A DNA stretch of 64,000 nt from an uncultured Chloroflexia bacterium. Lineage in GTDB: Bacteria > Chloroflexota > Limnocylindria > Limnocylindrales > CSP1-4. Shown here in pieces: positions 28,707 through 38,525 of this stretch. The translations under genes and the position numbers were made by a program. The notes beneath the pieces are model-generated. The model saw only the letters and a program-made list of their open reading frames with translations, was not told the origin of the DNA and did no database searches. Position 1 is the first letter of the stretch; every line of letters begins with the position of its first letter. The stretch is taken from positions 32,001-96,000 of the forward strand of contig CAVRGP010000011.1 of NCBI GenBank assembly GCA_963720755.1, in the 5' to 3' direction.

Positions 28707-30332
28707 ATGACCGAGCACACGTCGTCACCATCGATGGACACGGAGGGTCGCGGCCGCTGGATCGGTCTCGCCTTGCTCAGCGTCGGCGTCGCGATGATCA
28801 TCGTCGACGCGACGATCGTGAACGTCGCCGTCCCGTCGATCATCACCGAACTGAACGTGGACGGGACGGCCGCCGAGTGGATCAACTCGTCGTACGCGCT
28901 GGTGTTCGCCGCGCTTCTGATCACGCTCGGGCGGATCGGCGACGTGTCCGGCCGTCGACGGCTCTACCTGCTCGGGCTCGTCATCTTCATGGGAGCTTCC
29001 ATGCTGGCGGGTCTGGCCCCGACGGGCGAGCTGCTGATCGCCGCACGCATCCTCCAGGGCGTGGGGGCGGCGATGATCCTGCCATCCACCCAATCCATCC
29101 TGAATACGAACTTTCGCGGCCGTGATCGGGCGATCGCCTTCGCCATCTGGGGATCGGTCATCGGCGGGATGGCGGCCCTGGGCCCGTTGCTGGGCGGCTG
29201 GCTGACGACCAATCTGAGCTGGCGCTGGGCGTTCTACATCAACCTGCCGATCGGCCTGCTGGCGATCGTCGGAACGTTGATCTACATCCGTGAATCGAGC
29301 GATCCGGAGGCCAGACGAGGATTCGATCTGCCGGGCTTCGTGCTCATCACGATCGGACTGTCCGCGATCGTGTTCGGACTCATCGAAGGCCGGACCTATG
29401 GCTGGCTGACGCCGAACCAGCCATTCACAGTGCTCGGCTGGACGTGGCCGCTCGATTCGATCTCGATCATCCCGTTCGCGATCGGTGGGGGCCTGCTGTT
29501 GCTCGGGTTGTTCTGGTGGCTTGAATCGCGTCGTGAGCGGGCGGGCAAGTTCTTCCTGTTCGACGTGACGCTCTGGAGCTACCGCGCCTTCCGCTTCGGC
29601 AACCTGGCCGGCACGATCGTGTCGCTGGGTGAGTTCGGCCTTCTGTTCGTCCTGCCCCTGTTCCTCCAGGCGGTCCTCGGCCTGACGGCCTTCGAGACGG
29701 GCGTCGTCTTCCTGGCGCTCGCGATCGGGGCGTTCGTCGCCGCGCCGATGGCCGGAGCCCTGGCACCGCGGATCGGACCTCGCCGGGTCGTCACGAGCGG
29801 GATGGCGCTCGAGGCGATCGGGATCCTCGCAACGACCCTGCTGATCTCGGCCGATCTTGACGCGCGACTGCTGCTGGCCCCGCTCTTCGTCTACGGCATC
29901 GGCGTCGGGTTCGCGACCGCGCAGCTCACCAGCGTCACCCTGTCGGACGTGCCGGCCGAGCGATCCGGACTGGCTTCCGGGACGAACTCGACGGCCCGGC
30001 AGATCGGTTCGGCGCTCGGGATCGCGATCCTGGGGACCGTCCTGTTCACCTCCCTCGCCCATGAAACGGCGGCCAATCTCGCGGAGGTCCCGGGATTGCC
30101 GCCCGCCGCCCAGGCCGGGATCGTCGACGCGATCGATGGGTCCGCCGGGCAGGCGCTGACCACGATCCGGAAGGACCCGGCCTATGCCCCGGTCGTCGAG
30201 CCGATCGAACGTGCCTTCGTCGACGCGACGCGATACGCCGGATTTGTCGCCTTCGCCTTCGTCATCCTCGGCCTCGTCTTCTCCTTCCTGTTGCCCGAGA
30301 CTCGCCCGGATCTCGTCGCCGACGTACCGTAG
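28707..30332 (+). CDS. DHA2 (EmrB/QacA) MFS transporter
   Basis: DATIVNVAVPSI, GRIGD..GRRR, GPLLGG.LT...SWRWAFYINLP. Confidence 0.92.
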   Translation: MTEHTSSPSMDTEGRGRWIGLALLSVGVAMIIVDATIVNVAVPSIITELNVDGTAAEWINSSYALVFAALLITLGRIGDVSGRRRLYLLGLVIFMGASMLAGLAPTGELLIAARILQGVGAAMILPSTQSILNTNFRGRDRAIAFAIWGSVIGGMAALGPLLGGWLTTNLSWRWAFYINLPIGLLAIVGTLIYIRESSDPEARRGFDLPGFVLITIGLSAIVFGLIEGRTYGWLTPNQPFTVLGWTWPLDSISIIPFAIGGGLLLLGLFWWLESRRERAGKFFLFDVTLWSYRAFRFGNLAGTIVSLGEFGLLFVLPLFLQAVLGLTAFETGVVFLALAIGAFVAAPMAGALAPRIGPRRVVTSGMALEAIGILATTLLISADLDARLLLAPLFVYGIGVGFATAQLTSVTLSDVPAERSGLASGTNSTARQIGSALGIAILGTVLFTSLAHETAANLAEVPGLPPAAQAGIVDAIDGSAGQALTTIRKDPAYAPVVEPIERAFVDATRYAGFVAFAFVILGLVFSFLLPETRPDLVADVP

Positions 30333-30336
30333 GCAC

Positions 30337-30609
30337 ATGTGCCGAAGCATCAAGACCCTGCGTCGAGCCGACGAGGCGGCGACGACGGGTGAACTGGAGG
30401 CCGCCGCCCGCCAGTTCGTCCGCAAGATCAGCGGCTATCGTGTGCCCAGTTCCCGAAACGCCGAGGCGTTCGAAGGTGCGATCGCGGAGATCGCGGCGAC
30501 GTCCGCGCGGTTGATGGAGTCCCTCGGGGTCGATGTCGAGGAAGGCCCCGATCGGTGGACCCCCCGCCCGCGACCGGCCGGGGACGATCGGTCGCAGATC
30601 CGAGCGTGA
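30337..30609 (+). CDS. DUF2277-family protein
   Basis: MCRSIKTL..AAARQFVRKISG..PS..N.EAF. Confidence 0.85.
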   Translation: MCRSIKTLRRADEAATTGELEAAARQFVRKISGYRVPSSRNAEAFEGAIAEIAATSARLMESLGVDVEEGPDRWTPRPRPAGDDRSQIRA

Positions 30610-31832
30610 CACCGCAGCCCTGGTGGGTCCGGCCCGGCCTCGACGTGGTTGCCGGCCGTTTGCGTATCGCCGGCGTGGATGCCGAATCCCTGGCTCGGGA
30701 ACACGGAACACCGCTGTTCCTGTACGACCGTGTCCGCTTTGCGGAGAACGCTCGACGGCTCCAGGACGCCCTGGATGTCGTCGGGATCCCGTATCGGTTG
30801 CGACTTGCACTCAAGGCCAATCCCGCGCCGGAGGTCCTCGAGGTGTTCCGCGGTCTAGGCCCGGCAGGGTCGGCCCGCAGTGTCGGGATCGATGCCTGTT
30901 CGCCGGGTGAGGTCGAACGGGCGATCGAGTGCGGATGGCGAGCGGACGAGATCAGCTACACCGGGACGAACGTCTCCGAGCGCGATCTCGACGTCCTCCT
31001 CGCCAGCGGCGTCCACCTGAACCTCGATGCGATCAGCCAGATCGAACGATATGGCCGGCGCGCTCCGGGCACGACGATCGGCGTCAGGATCGACCCGGGC
31101 GTGGGGGTCGGCTACAACGAACATCTCGAGTACGCGGGCGACCGACCGACCAAGTTCGGGATCGGGATCGATCGTCTCCCGGACGCGATGGCCGCCGCCG
31201 CGAACCACGGCCTGGCGATCGACACCGTCCATTTCCATGCCGGTTCGGGCTGGCTGTCGGCCGGCCTGACCGGGTTCGAGGCGGCGCTGCCGGTGGCCGT
31301 CCTCGCCGTCGATAGACTGCGTGGCGCCGGCCATGAGATCGCCGAGGTCAATGTCGGTGGCGGTCTTGGCGTCCCGGCCCGCGAGGATGAGCGCTCGGTC
31401 GATCTCGGCGCGTATGCGGCGGTCCTGGCTCGACACCTCGGACCGCTCGGCGTGACCGTCGGGTGCGAGCCCGGGGACCTGCTGACCAAGGACGCCGCGA
31501 TCCTGCTCGGCGAGGTCGTCACCGTCGAACGACGGCGCGGGGTGACGTTCGTCGGCCTCGATATCGGCTGGAATGTCAATTGCTCGTACTTCATCTACCG
31601 ATATGCCCAGGAGATCGTCGTCTGTCGCTCCGCCGATGCGGCACGGACGGAAGTGGTCACCGTTGCCGGCCACATCAACGAGGTGAGCGACGTCTTCGCC
31701 GAGGACTACCCGATGTCGCCGGTCGCCGAGGGGGATTTGGTCGCGCTCCTCAACGCGGGCGGGTACCACCAGGCGATGAGTTCGACCCACTGCCTGCGCC
31801 CGATGGGTGGCGCGATCTTCCTCGACCGATGA
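30606..31832 (+). CDS. LysA-like group IV PLP-dependent decarboxylase (divergent)
   Basis: GTPLFLYD, LKANP PLP lysine, DACSPGE, TKFG, HFHAGS, VGGG, EPG. Confidence 0.8.
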   Translation: MTPQPWWVRPGLDVVAGRLRIAGVDAESLAREHGTPLFLYDRVRFAENARRLQDALDVVGIPYRLRLALKANPAPEVLEVFRGLGPAGSARSVGIDACSPGEVERAIECGWRADEISYTGTNVSERDLDVLLASGVHLNLDAISQIERYGRRAPGTTIGVRIDPGVGVGYNEHLEYAGDRPTKFGIGIDRLPDAMAAAANHGLAIDTVHFHAGSGWLSAGLTGFEAALPVAVLAVDRLRGAGHEIAEVNVGGGLGVPAREDERSVDLGAYAAVLARHLGPLGVTVGCEPGDLLTKDAAILLGEVVTVERRRGVTFVGLDIGWNVNCSYFIYRYAQEIVVCRSADAARTEVVTVAGHINEVSDVFAEDYPMSPVAEGDLVALLNAGGYHQAMSSTHCLRPMGGAIFLDR

Positions 31833-31881
31833 GCCTGCGTCGGCGGCGCCCCCGAGGGTGCGGCCATATCATGGCGCGGAC

Positions 31882-32745
31882 ATGACGACTGACGGACCCC
31901 CGCCGACCCGGCACGTGACCAGTCGGCGGATCGTGGCGGTCCGTGGTGCGTCGCTCGAGATCCGCGATGACCGGGTCGTGGGCGAGGCGCCGCTCGAGAT
32001 CCGTGCGGCCGGCCCCGGCCAGGAGTCCATCGCCGTGGCGGTGACCATGCGGACACCCGGCAACGAAGCGGAACTGGCGGTCGGGTTCCTGGCCACGGAA
32101 GGCCTCCTCGCGGGTCAGGACGTGCTTCGGACGACGGGGGGCGACCCGGCGAACCTGAGCCAGCCCGACGACACGATCGTGGTCCGATTGTCGCAACCGT
32201 TCGACGACTCGGTCGTCGCCGAACGGCATTTCGTCGCGACGGCGTCGTGCGGGATCTGCGGCAAGGCATCGATCGATGAGGTCGCCCTCCGAGTGGAGCC
32301 GTTGCCGGACGGCCCGGTCGTCGATCGGTCGGTGATCCTGGCGCTGCCGGACCTCCTTCGCGCGGCGCAACGTGCGTTCGACGAAACGGGTGGACTCCAC
32401 GCTGCGGGCCTGTTCACGCCGAAGGGGGAGCTCCTGGCGTTGCGCGAGGATGTCGGCCGCCACAACGCGCTCGACAAACTGGTCGGGTCGCAGGTCCTGG
32501 CCGGCACGATGCCCCTCCACGACCGGATCCTGATGGTCTCGGGCCGGGTCAGCTTCGAGATCGTCCAGAAGGCTGCGGCGGCCGGCATCCCCATCGTCTG
32601 CGCCGTCTCCGCGCCATCGGATCTGGCGATCGAGACGGCAGAGCGACTCGGCGTGACGCTCGTCGGCTTTCTGCGCGGGACCGGCTTCAACGTCTACGCC
32701 CACGATGCCCGGATCGACCTGCGCGACCTCAGCGGCCTGGGCTGA
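31882..32745 (+). CDS. fdhD: Formate dehydrogenase accessory sulfurtransferase
   Basis: MRTPG, SCGICG, FDETGGLHAA, REDVGRHNALDK, SGRVSFEIVQKA. Confidence 0.95.
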   Translation: MTTDGPPPTRHVTSRRIVAVRGASLEIRDDRVVGEAPLEIRAAGPGQESIAVAVTMRTPGNEAELAVGFLATEGLLAGQDVLRTTGGDPANLSQPDDTIVVRLSQPFDDSVVAERHFVATASCGICGKASIDEVALRVEPLPDGPVVDRSVILALPDLLRAAQRAFDETGGLHAAGLFTPKGELLALREDVGRHNALDKLVGSQVLAGTMPLHDRILMVSGRVSFEIVQKAAAAGIPIVCAVSAPSDLAIETAERLGVTLVGFLRGTGFNVYAHDARIDLRDLSGLG

Positions 32746-32775
32746 CCTCGAGCGAACTGCCCCGGTGCGGGCGGC

Positions 32776-33822
32776 CTACGGCTTGGGTCGGTTGTTGACG
32801 AACTCGAAGCCGAACCGGCCCTTGATGCACAGGTGGCCGTCCGTGACCGATGAGTCGGACGGTGAGGTGACCTTCACGATCCGGTCGTCCTGCGCGTGGA
32901 GCGACACCGCGCAGCCGACGCCGCAGTAGGGGCAGATCGTATCGGTGACGGTCTGAGCGGACTCGTCCCAGGTACCCGCCTCGCGCATGTCGTACTCCGA
33001 CTTGAACATGAGCGCGCCGGTCGGGCACACCCCGATGCAGTTGCCGCAATAGACGCACGCCGATTCGGGTAGGGGGACCGCCGATTCGGTCGAGATCCGG
33101 GCGTCGAATCCGCGCCCGGCGACCGCGATCGCAAAGGTGTTCTGGGCCTCCTCGCCACAGGCATCGACGCACTTGTAGCAGAGGATGCACTTCGAGTAGT
33201 CGCGCACGTACAGGTCGTTGTCGACCTTGGTCGGCTGGGCGACCGTGGCAGCCATGGCATCGCCCGCCGGGGCGTGGTGATGGCCGCTTTCGCGCTGGTC
33301 TCGATCACCCGCAGGAGCCGCCGGGGCGGGCGGCCCGAACCGCTCGGGATCCGCGCCGTAGCGCCCCGCGTAGGCGGCGATGGATCCGTCCGGAGCGATC
33401 GGCCCGGTGAGCGAGAGGTCCACGCTCGACCCGAGGAATTCGAGGACCAGTTTGCGCGACAACCGGACGCGGTCCGAGTCGGTCTGGATCTCCATCCCTG
33501 CTTCGACCTTGCGCGAGCAGGCCGGCACGAGGACCCGGGAGCCGGTGACTTCCACGACGCAGACGCGGCAGACGTTGACCGGCGAGAGGTTCTCCGCGTA
33601 GCACAGCGTCGGCGTATCGATGCCGACTTCCCGACAGGCGCCGAGGATCGTCGTCCCCGCCGCCACGGACACCTCGGCGCCGTCGACGGTGAGTTCGACC
33701 TGGGGTGGCGGCTCGACCGGCGGCGGCCCCGGCGGCACCGATGCCCGGGCCGGCGAGGACATCAGGATGGCGGCGAGGGTCTCCGGATCGGAGGTCGCGC
33801 TCGGCGTCGCGTGATCGGTCAC
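32776..33822 (-). CDS. Fe-S subunit of NAD-linked FDH (stand-alone FdsA/NuoG N-terminal part)
   Basis: PTLC..CRVC..PAC [2Fe-2S]; CILCYKCVDAC, CVYCGNCIGVCP; ends TICPYCGVGC..HLCIKGRFG. Confidence 0.88.
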   Translation of the reverse strand: MTDHATPSATSDPETLAAILMSSPARASVPPGPPPVEPPPQVELTVDGAEVSVAAGTTILGACREVGIDTPTLCYAENLSPVNVCRVCVVEVTGSRVLVPACSRKVEAGMEIQTDSDRVRLSRKLVLEFLGSSVDLSLTGPIAPDGSIAAYAGRYGADPERFGPPAPAAPAGDRDQRESGHHHAPAGDAMAATVAQPTKVDNDLYVRDYSKCILCYKCVDACGEEAQNTFAIAVAGRGFDARISTESAVPLPESACVYCGNCIGVCPTGALMFKSEYDMREAGTWDESAQTVTDTICPYCGVGCAVSLHAQDDRIVKVTSPSDSSVTDGHLCIKGRFGFEFVNNRPKP

Positions 33823-35675
33823 AGGGCCACCATACCCGGCTGACGGAAGGCCGACTCGATCGCCGACGACGCGGTCTGGCCGAGGCCGCAGATGGAAGCA
33901 TCGCGCATCGCCTGGCCGATCTCGCGCAGGAGCACCAATTCGTCATCGCGCGATCGAACGGACGACCCGGCCGCCAGCCGTGCGAGGAGCTCCTCCTGTC
34001 GAACGCTCCCGACCCGGCATGGGACGCACTGGCCGCACGATTCGTCACGGAAGAACTGGGCGATCCGGCGGAGTGTATCGACGAGGTCGGCGGTCTCGTC
34101 GAAGACCATGATCACCCCGGATCCGAGGGTCGCGCCTGCCGCGCGGGTCGCCTCGAAGGTCAAGGGCAGGTCCAGCGCATCCGGACCCACGAACACGCCG
34201 GCGGCACCGCCGAGCAGGATCGTCCGGATGGGTCGGCCCCCGGGGACGCCGCCGGCCATCTCGATCAGTTCGCGCAGGGTCGCCCCGAATTCGACCTCGT
34301 AGACGCCCGGCCGGGCGACGTGTCCGGACAGGCAGAAGAGCTTCGAGCCGGTCGATCCTTCGGTTCCGATCCGGGCGAAGGCAGTGCCGCCATCGGTCAG
34401 GATCCGGAGGACGTTGGCCAGGGTCTCCACGTTGTTGACGACCGTCGGCTTGCCGAACAGCCCGACCTCGACCGGGAAGGGTGGCTTGTTGCGAGGCTCC
34501 CCGCGCTTGCCCTCGATCGATTCGAAGAGCGCGGTCTCCTCGCCGCAGATGTAGGCCCCCGCCCCGCGCCGGACCTCGATATCGAACGCGAGACCGGAGC
34601 CGAGGATGTCCGGGCCGAGGAGGCCGGCGGCGCGTGCCTGATCGATCGCCCCACGCACGCGGGCCTCCGCCTCCGGGTATTCACCCCGGATGTAGAGGTA
34701 GCCCTTCGAGGCGCCGCTCGCGAACGCGCCGATCGTCATGGCCTCGACGGTCGCGAACGGATCGCCTTCGAGCAGGACCCGGTCCTTGAACGTCCCGGGT
34801 TCCGACTCGTCGGCGTTGCACACGAGGTAGTGTGGCTGGGCCGTCTGGGCGGCGACCGCGTCCCACTTGCGTCCGGTCGGGAAAGCCGCGCCGCCACGTC
34901 CCATCAGCTTGGAGGCCGTCACCTCGGCGACGACCCCGGCCGGGCCGATCTCGATGGCGCGCGCCAGGGCGACATACCCACCATGGGCGCGGTAGTCGTC
35001 GAGCGAGTCCGGGTCGACGACGCCGACCCGGGCGAGCAGACCGGTCGGTGGCGGGCCGTCGCTCGGAGGATCGCGGAAGCCATCCGAACCGGCGGCGTGA
35101 TCCGCGTTCTCGAGAAGCCGCGCGACCGTCACGGCGTCGACCCGCCCGAAGGCACTGGCTCCGGCTCGCTCGCCGGCCACGGTCAGCAGGCAAGCCGGCG
35201 CCGCATCGCACAGCCCGAGACATGGGCTGCGCAGCCAGGTCGCGTGGCCGTCGTCCATCGGCGCCCCGGCCTGGCCGAGGCTTCGGGTCAGATCCGCGCA
35301 GATCCCTTCCGCACCCGCCAGCCGGCAGGCGATGTCATCGCAGACATGGGCGACGACGGGCGGGCGTGGGGTCGTCGCGAACAGCGAGTAGAAGGTGGCG
35401 ACGCCATACGCTTCCGCCGGCGGCACGGCCAGGCGCTTGCAGATGTAGTTCAGGGCCGGGGTGCTGATCCAGCCGATCCGCGACTGGACCGCGTGGAGCG
35501 CCGGCAGGAGTTCCGAGCGTCTCGACCGGATCTCGTGGCCGCCTCGAGCGACGTGGCCATCCGGTCCGGGATCGCGCGGGCCACCGTCCCAGCGGGATCC
35601 GGGCGGGCCGAGGACGGCATCGACGGCCGCCCGTTCCACGGGCGACGCGAGGGGGCCGATCACGTGCAGGTCCAT
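33819..35675 (-). CDS. Fused NuoE/NuoF-like (FdsG+FdsB) diaphorase subunit
   Basis: VATFY, CDDIAC, CLGLC..AP; GRGGAAFPTGRKW, NADESEPGTFKDR, GAYICGEETAL, ESCGQCVPCR. Confidence 0.9.
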   Translation of the reverse strand: MDLHVIGPLASPVERAAVDAVLGPPGSRWDGGPRDPGPDGHVARGGHEIRSRRSELLPALHAVQSRIGWISTPALNYICKRLAVPPAEAYGVATFYSLFATTPRPPVVAHVCDDIACRLAGAEGICADLTRSLGQAGAPMDDGHATWLRSPCLGLCDAAPACLLTVAGERAGASAFGRVDAVTVARLLENADHAAGSDGFRDPPSDGPPPTGLLARVGVVDPDSLDDYRAHGGYVALARAIEIGPAGVVAEVTASKLMGRGGAAFPTGRKWDAVAAQTAQPHYLVCNADESEPGTFKDRVLLEGDPFATVEAMTIGAFASGASKGYLYIRGEYPEAEARVRGAIDQARAAGLLGPDILGSGLAFDIEVRRGAGAYICGEETALFESIEGKRGEPRNKPPFPVEVGLFGKPTVVNNVETLANVLRILTDGGTAFARIGTEGSTGSKLFCLSGHVARPGVYEVEFGATLRELIEMAGGVPGGRPIRTILLGGAAGVFVGPDALDLPLTFEATRAAGATLGSGVIMVFDETADLVDTLRRIAQFFRDESCGQCVPCRVGSVRQEELLARLAAGSSVRSRDDELVLLREIGQAMRDASICGLGQTASSAIESAFRQPGMVAL

Positions 35676-35716
35676 CGCTACCGAGTGTAAGACGAACGAC
35701 TCGCCGCAGTCTCCGC

Positions 35717-36490
35717 CTAGCGCTGCTCGAACACGACCATGAGGGTCTCGCCCGCGTCGCGCAGTTCGAGCTTCGCGCCACGGGCGGCGAAGGTGGTCGC
35801 CTGCTCGAGGGCCGCCAGGTACTGCGTCTCCTGGGTGTTCAAGGCCTCGTCCGCGCAAGCCCGCTTGGTCGATGCCAGCGGGCCGATCTTGATCGAGGTG
35901 CCGTCGACGGTCACCGGACCACTGAAGGTGTTGCACGAGCCGTCGCCGCTGACCGTGCCGGCCTGGTCGAAGATGGCCGTCGGGTCCGACCCGGTCACGA
36001 CGCTGGTCACGCCGCCGGTCCCGTTGTTGTAGCCGGTCACGTGCCAGGTCACGCCGTCCAGGGTCGCCGGTGGGATCGCCGCGTAGATGAGGATCTCGTT
36101 CCCGCCCGAGTCGTACATCGTCAGCGTGTCGCTCGTGGCGGTGTAGGTACGGACCTTACCGAGGTTCATGATGTAGGCGGTCTCGATGTCGGCCTGCGGC
36201 GAGGGGCACCCGATCAGGGTCATCGGCCCGACATCGATCTTGAGCGCGTTGCCGTCGACGGTGTAGGAGGCGGCATAGCGGTTGCAACCCGTGGATCCGC
36301 TGATCGTGGCACCCCGGATCGTCGCATCGACGGTCACGGGATCCGGGATGTCCACCATGGAACGGCCGTCGTCCTGCGTGGTGAGCTGCCAGTCGCCTTC
36401 GAGCTGGCCGCCGCTGCCGCCGCTGCCCGTGACGCAGCCCGACAGGACCGCCGCGAGCGAGATGCCGGCGAGTCCCACGGTCATTCGCAT
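35717..36490 (-). CDS. Lipoprotein with two META (HslJ-like) domains
   Basis: Lipobox LSGC; SGSTGCNRY..TLIGC and SGDGSCNTF..STKRAC. Confidence 0.85.
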   Translation of the reverse strand: MRMTVGLAGISLAAVLSGCVTGSGGSGGQLEGDWQLTTQDDGRSMVDIPDPVTVDATIRGATISGSTGCNRYAASYTVDGNALKIDVGPMTLIGCPSPQADIETAYIMNLGKVRTYTATSDTLTMYDSGGNEILIYAAIPPATLDGVTWHVTGYNNGTGGVTSVVTGSDPTAIFDQAGTVSGDGSCNTFSGPVTVDGTSIKIGPLASTKRACADEALNTQETQYLAALEQATTFAARGAKLELRDAGETLMVVFEQR

Positions 36491-36607
36491 GGTCGATCGA
36501 CCCTCCTCCGGCACCGAGGTCGTCCACGTGCCGACGCTGAGGATAGCGCGACCACGCGCCTGCTACTGTTCATCGTGATTTCGCAGACAGCTGGAGGTGG
36601 GGGGACG

Positions 36608-37810
36608 ATGACGCAGGACGCGGTGGAGGCGACCCAGGATCGCCCGGCGAGCCGCCGTCGGAGTGGTCTCGCCGGCCTGGCGCTCGTCCTCGCCTGTGTG
36701 TCCATCCTCGTGTCCACCGTCGCCGTCTGGACCCACCAGGTCGCGTTCAACACGGAGCGGTTCACCGCGCTGGCCAGCGGCGTGCTCGCCGACCCGGCCG
36801 TCATCGACCCACTGGCGAACCGGATCAGCACGCAGGTCGTCACCGCCGTCGACGTCCAGGGACGGATCGCCGAGAAGCTGCCGACCGCGGCCCAGCCGCT
36901 GGCCGCGCCCATCACGCTGGCGATCCGCGACGCGCTCGACAAGCGTCTCCAGATCGCCCTTGCGAGGCCACAGGTCCAGGCCGGTCTGACCAAGGTGATC
37001 TCGGTCACCCACGCCGGGATCATGCACCTGTTGCGTGACGACCCGGACGCGGTGTCCGTCGTGGACGGATACATCGTCATCTCGGCCTTCCCGGTCGTCG
37101 AGGCCGCCCTCGTGGAGCTGCAGGACGTCGGGTTGATCCCGGCAGGCATCCAGATCCCGGACCTGTCATCGCCTGAAGCGCCGGATGTGCTTGCCCAGCG
37201 ACTCGAGAGCGTGCTCGGGATCACCCTTCCCGACGGGTTCGGGACGATCCAGCTGATGAAGGCCGATCGGCTGCTTGCCGCTCGGTCTGCGGTCCGCGCC
37301 TTCGACCTGATCGTCGTCGGGTTGTTGATCCTGACGGTGCTCCTCATCGTCCTGGCCGTTTGGCTCGCGACCCACCGCCTGCGGATGGTCATCTACCTGG
37401 GTCTGGGGACGATCGTCGCGTTCGTGCTTGCCCGCCTCGCGATCGGCGCGATCGAGAACGCGGCGCTTGCGGGCGTGGCTGACGCGGACTTGATCGGGGC
37501 GATCCGGGCCGTGGTCGATGTGACCCTCGCCGATCTGCGACGGATCACGGCGGTCGTCCTGATCGGGACGGTCGTTCTGGTCGTTGCTGCGGCCCTGGGT
37601 ATCTTCCGATCCAGCGGAGCCACGATCCCGAGGGACCGCGCCTCACTCGAGCGGATCGGCCTGGTCGCGATCGCGTTCGTCGTGATCTGGCTCGCCGTCG
37701 GGCCGGAGATCGCGTTGCTCGGGGTCGTGCTCGTCGTCGCCCTCGAACTCATCGCGCGAGCGCTGGCGTCGCGCTCGGCTGACGACGCGGCGCCCACCGC
37801 CGAGGCGTAG
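36608..37810 (+). CDS. Integral membrane protein of unknown function
   Basis: GGAGG RBS, N-terminal TM, soluble domain, about 5 C-terminal TMs. Confidence 0.7.
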   Translation: MTQDAVEATQDRPASRRRSGLAGLALVLACVSILVSTVAVWTHQVAFNTERFTALASGVLADPAVIDPLANRISTQVVTAVDVQGRIAEKLPTAAQPLAAPITLAIRDALDKRLQIALARPQVQAGLTKVISVTHAGIMHLLRDDPDAVSVVDGYIVISAFPVVEAALVELQDVGLIPAGIQIPDLSSPEAPDVLAQRLESVLGITLPDGFGTIQLMKADRLLAARSAVRAFDLIVVGLLILTVLLIVLAVWLATHRLRMVIYLGLGTIVAFVLARLAIGAIENAALAGVADADLIGAIRAVVDVTLADLRRITAVVLIGTVVLVVAAALGIFRSSGATIPRDRASLERIGLVAIAFVVIWLAVGPEIALLGVVLVVALELIARALASRSADDAAPTAEA

Positions 37811-37814
37811 CTCG

Positions 37815-38525
37815 GTGACCGAAGCCGAGCCGGCCGGCTCGACGGACGATTCCCAGGGCGATGCGACGCTTCGCGGGATGGCCAGTGCGGCCCGTGACGC
37901 ATGGCGGGACGAACGCGTCGAGGTCGTCGCGGCGGTCCTGCTGTCACTGGCGACCGTGTTGTCCGCATGGGGGGCCTACCAGGCGACACGGTGGGGCGGC
38001 AACCAGGCGAATAGCTACGCGGAGGCAGCGGAACTCCGCTCAGAGGCGGCAAGTCATACCACCGTCGCCTCTCGCCAGATCCAGATCGATGTGGCCACCT
38101 ACCTTGCCTGGTCCGACGCCGCCCTGGGTGGGGACGAGACGTTGGCAAAGTACATCGAGGACCGTTTCCGGACGGAGTTCCTCGTCGCCTTCGAGGCGTG
38201 GCTTGGTGAACGTCCGCCGGACATCGCGTTGATCCCGATCGGCACACCATTCGAACGACCCGAGTACGTCCTTGCGGAACAACAGGCGGCCGACGCGAAA
38301 ACCGTCGAGGCCGAGCGGGCGCTCTCGGACGCCCAGAAAGCGAATCAGACCGGGGACGACTTCGTCCTGACCGCGGTCCTGTTCGCGTCGGTCCTGTTCT
38401 TCGCCGGGATCGCCGCCCGCTTGCGGCCGCAATGGCTCCGCTGGGCGATGCTCGGGGTCGGGATGCTGATCTTCGCGATCGGTCTGGTGGTCGAGTTCTC
38501 GCTCCCCCAGAACGTCGGGTTCTAG
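37815..38525 (+). CDS. Membrane protein (DUF4337-like)
   Basis: LLSLATVLSAWGAYQA..W and VLFASVLFFAGI; 3 TMs. Confidence 0.65.
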   Translation: MTEAEPAGSTDDSQGDATLRGMASAARDAWRDERVEVVAAVLLSLATVLSAWGAYQATRWGGNQANSYAEAAELRSEAASHTTVASRQIQIDVATYLAWSDAALGGDETLAKYIEDRFRTEFLVAFEAWLGERPPDIALIPIGTPFERPEYVLAEQQAADAKTVEAERALSDAQKANQTGDDFVLTAVLFASVLFFAGIAARLRPQWLRWAMLGVGMLIFAIGLVVEFSLPQNVGF

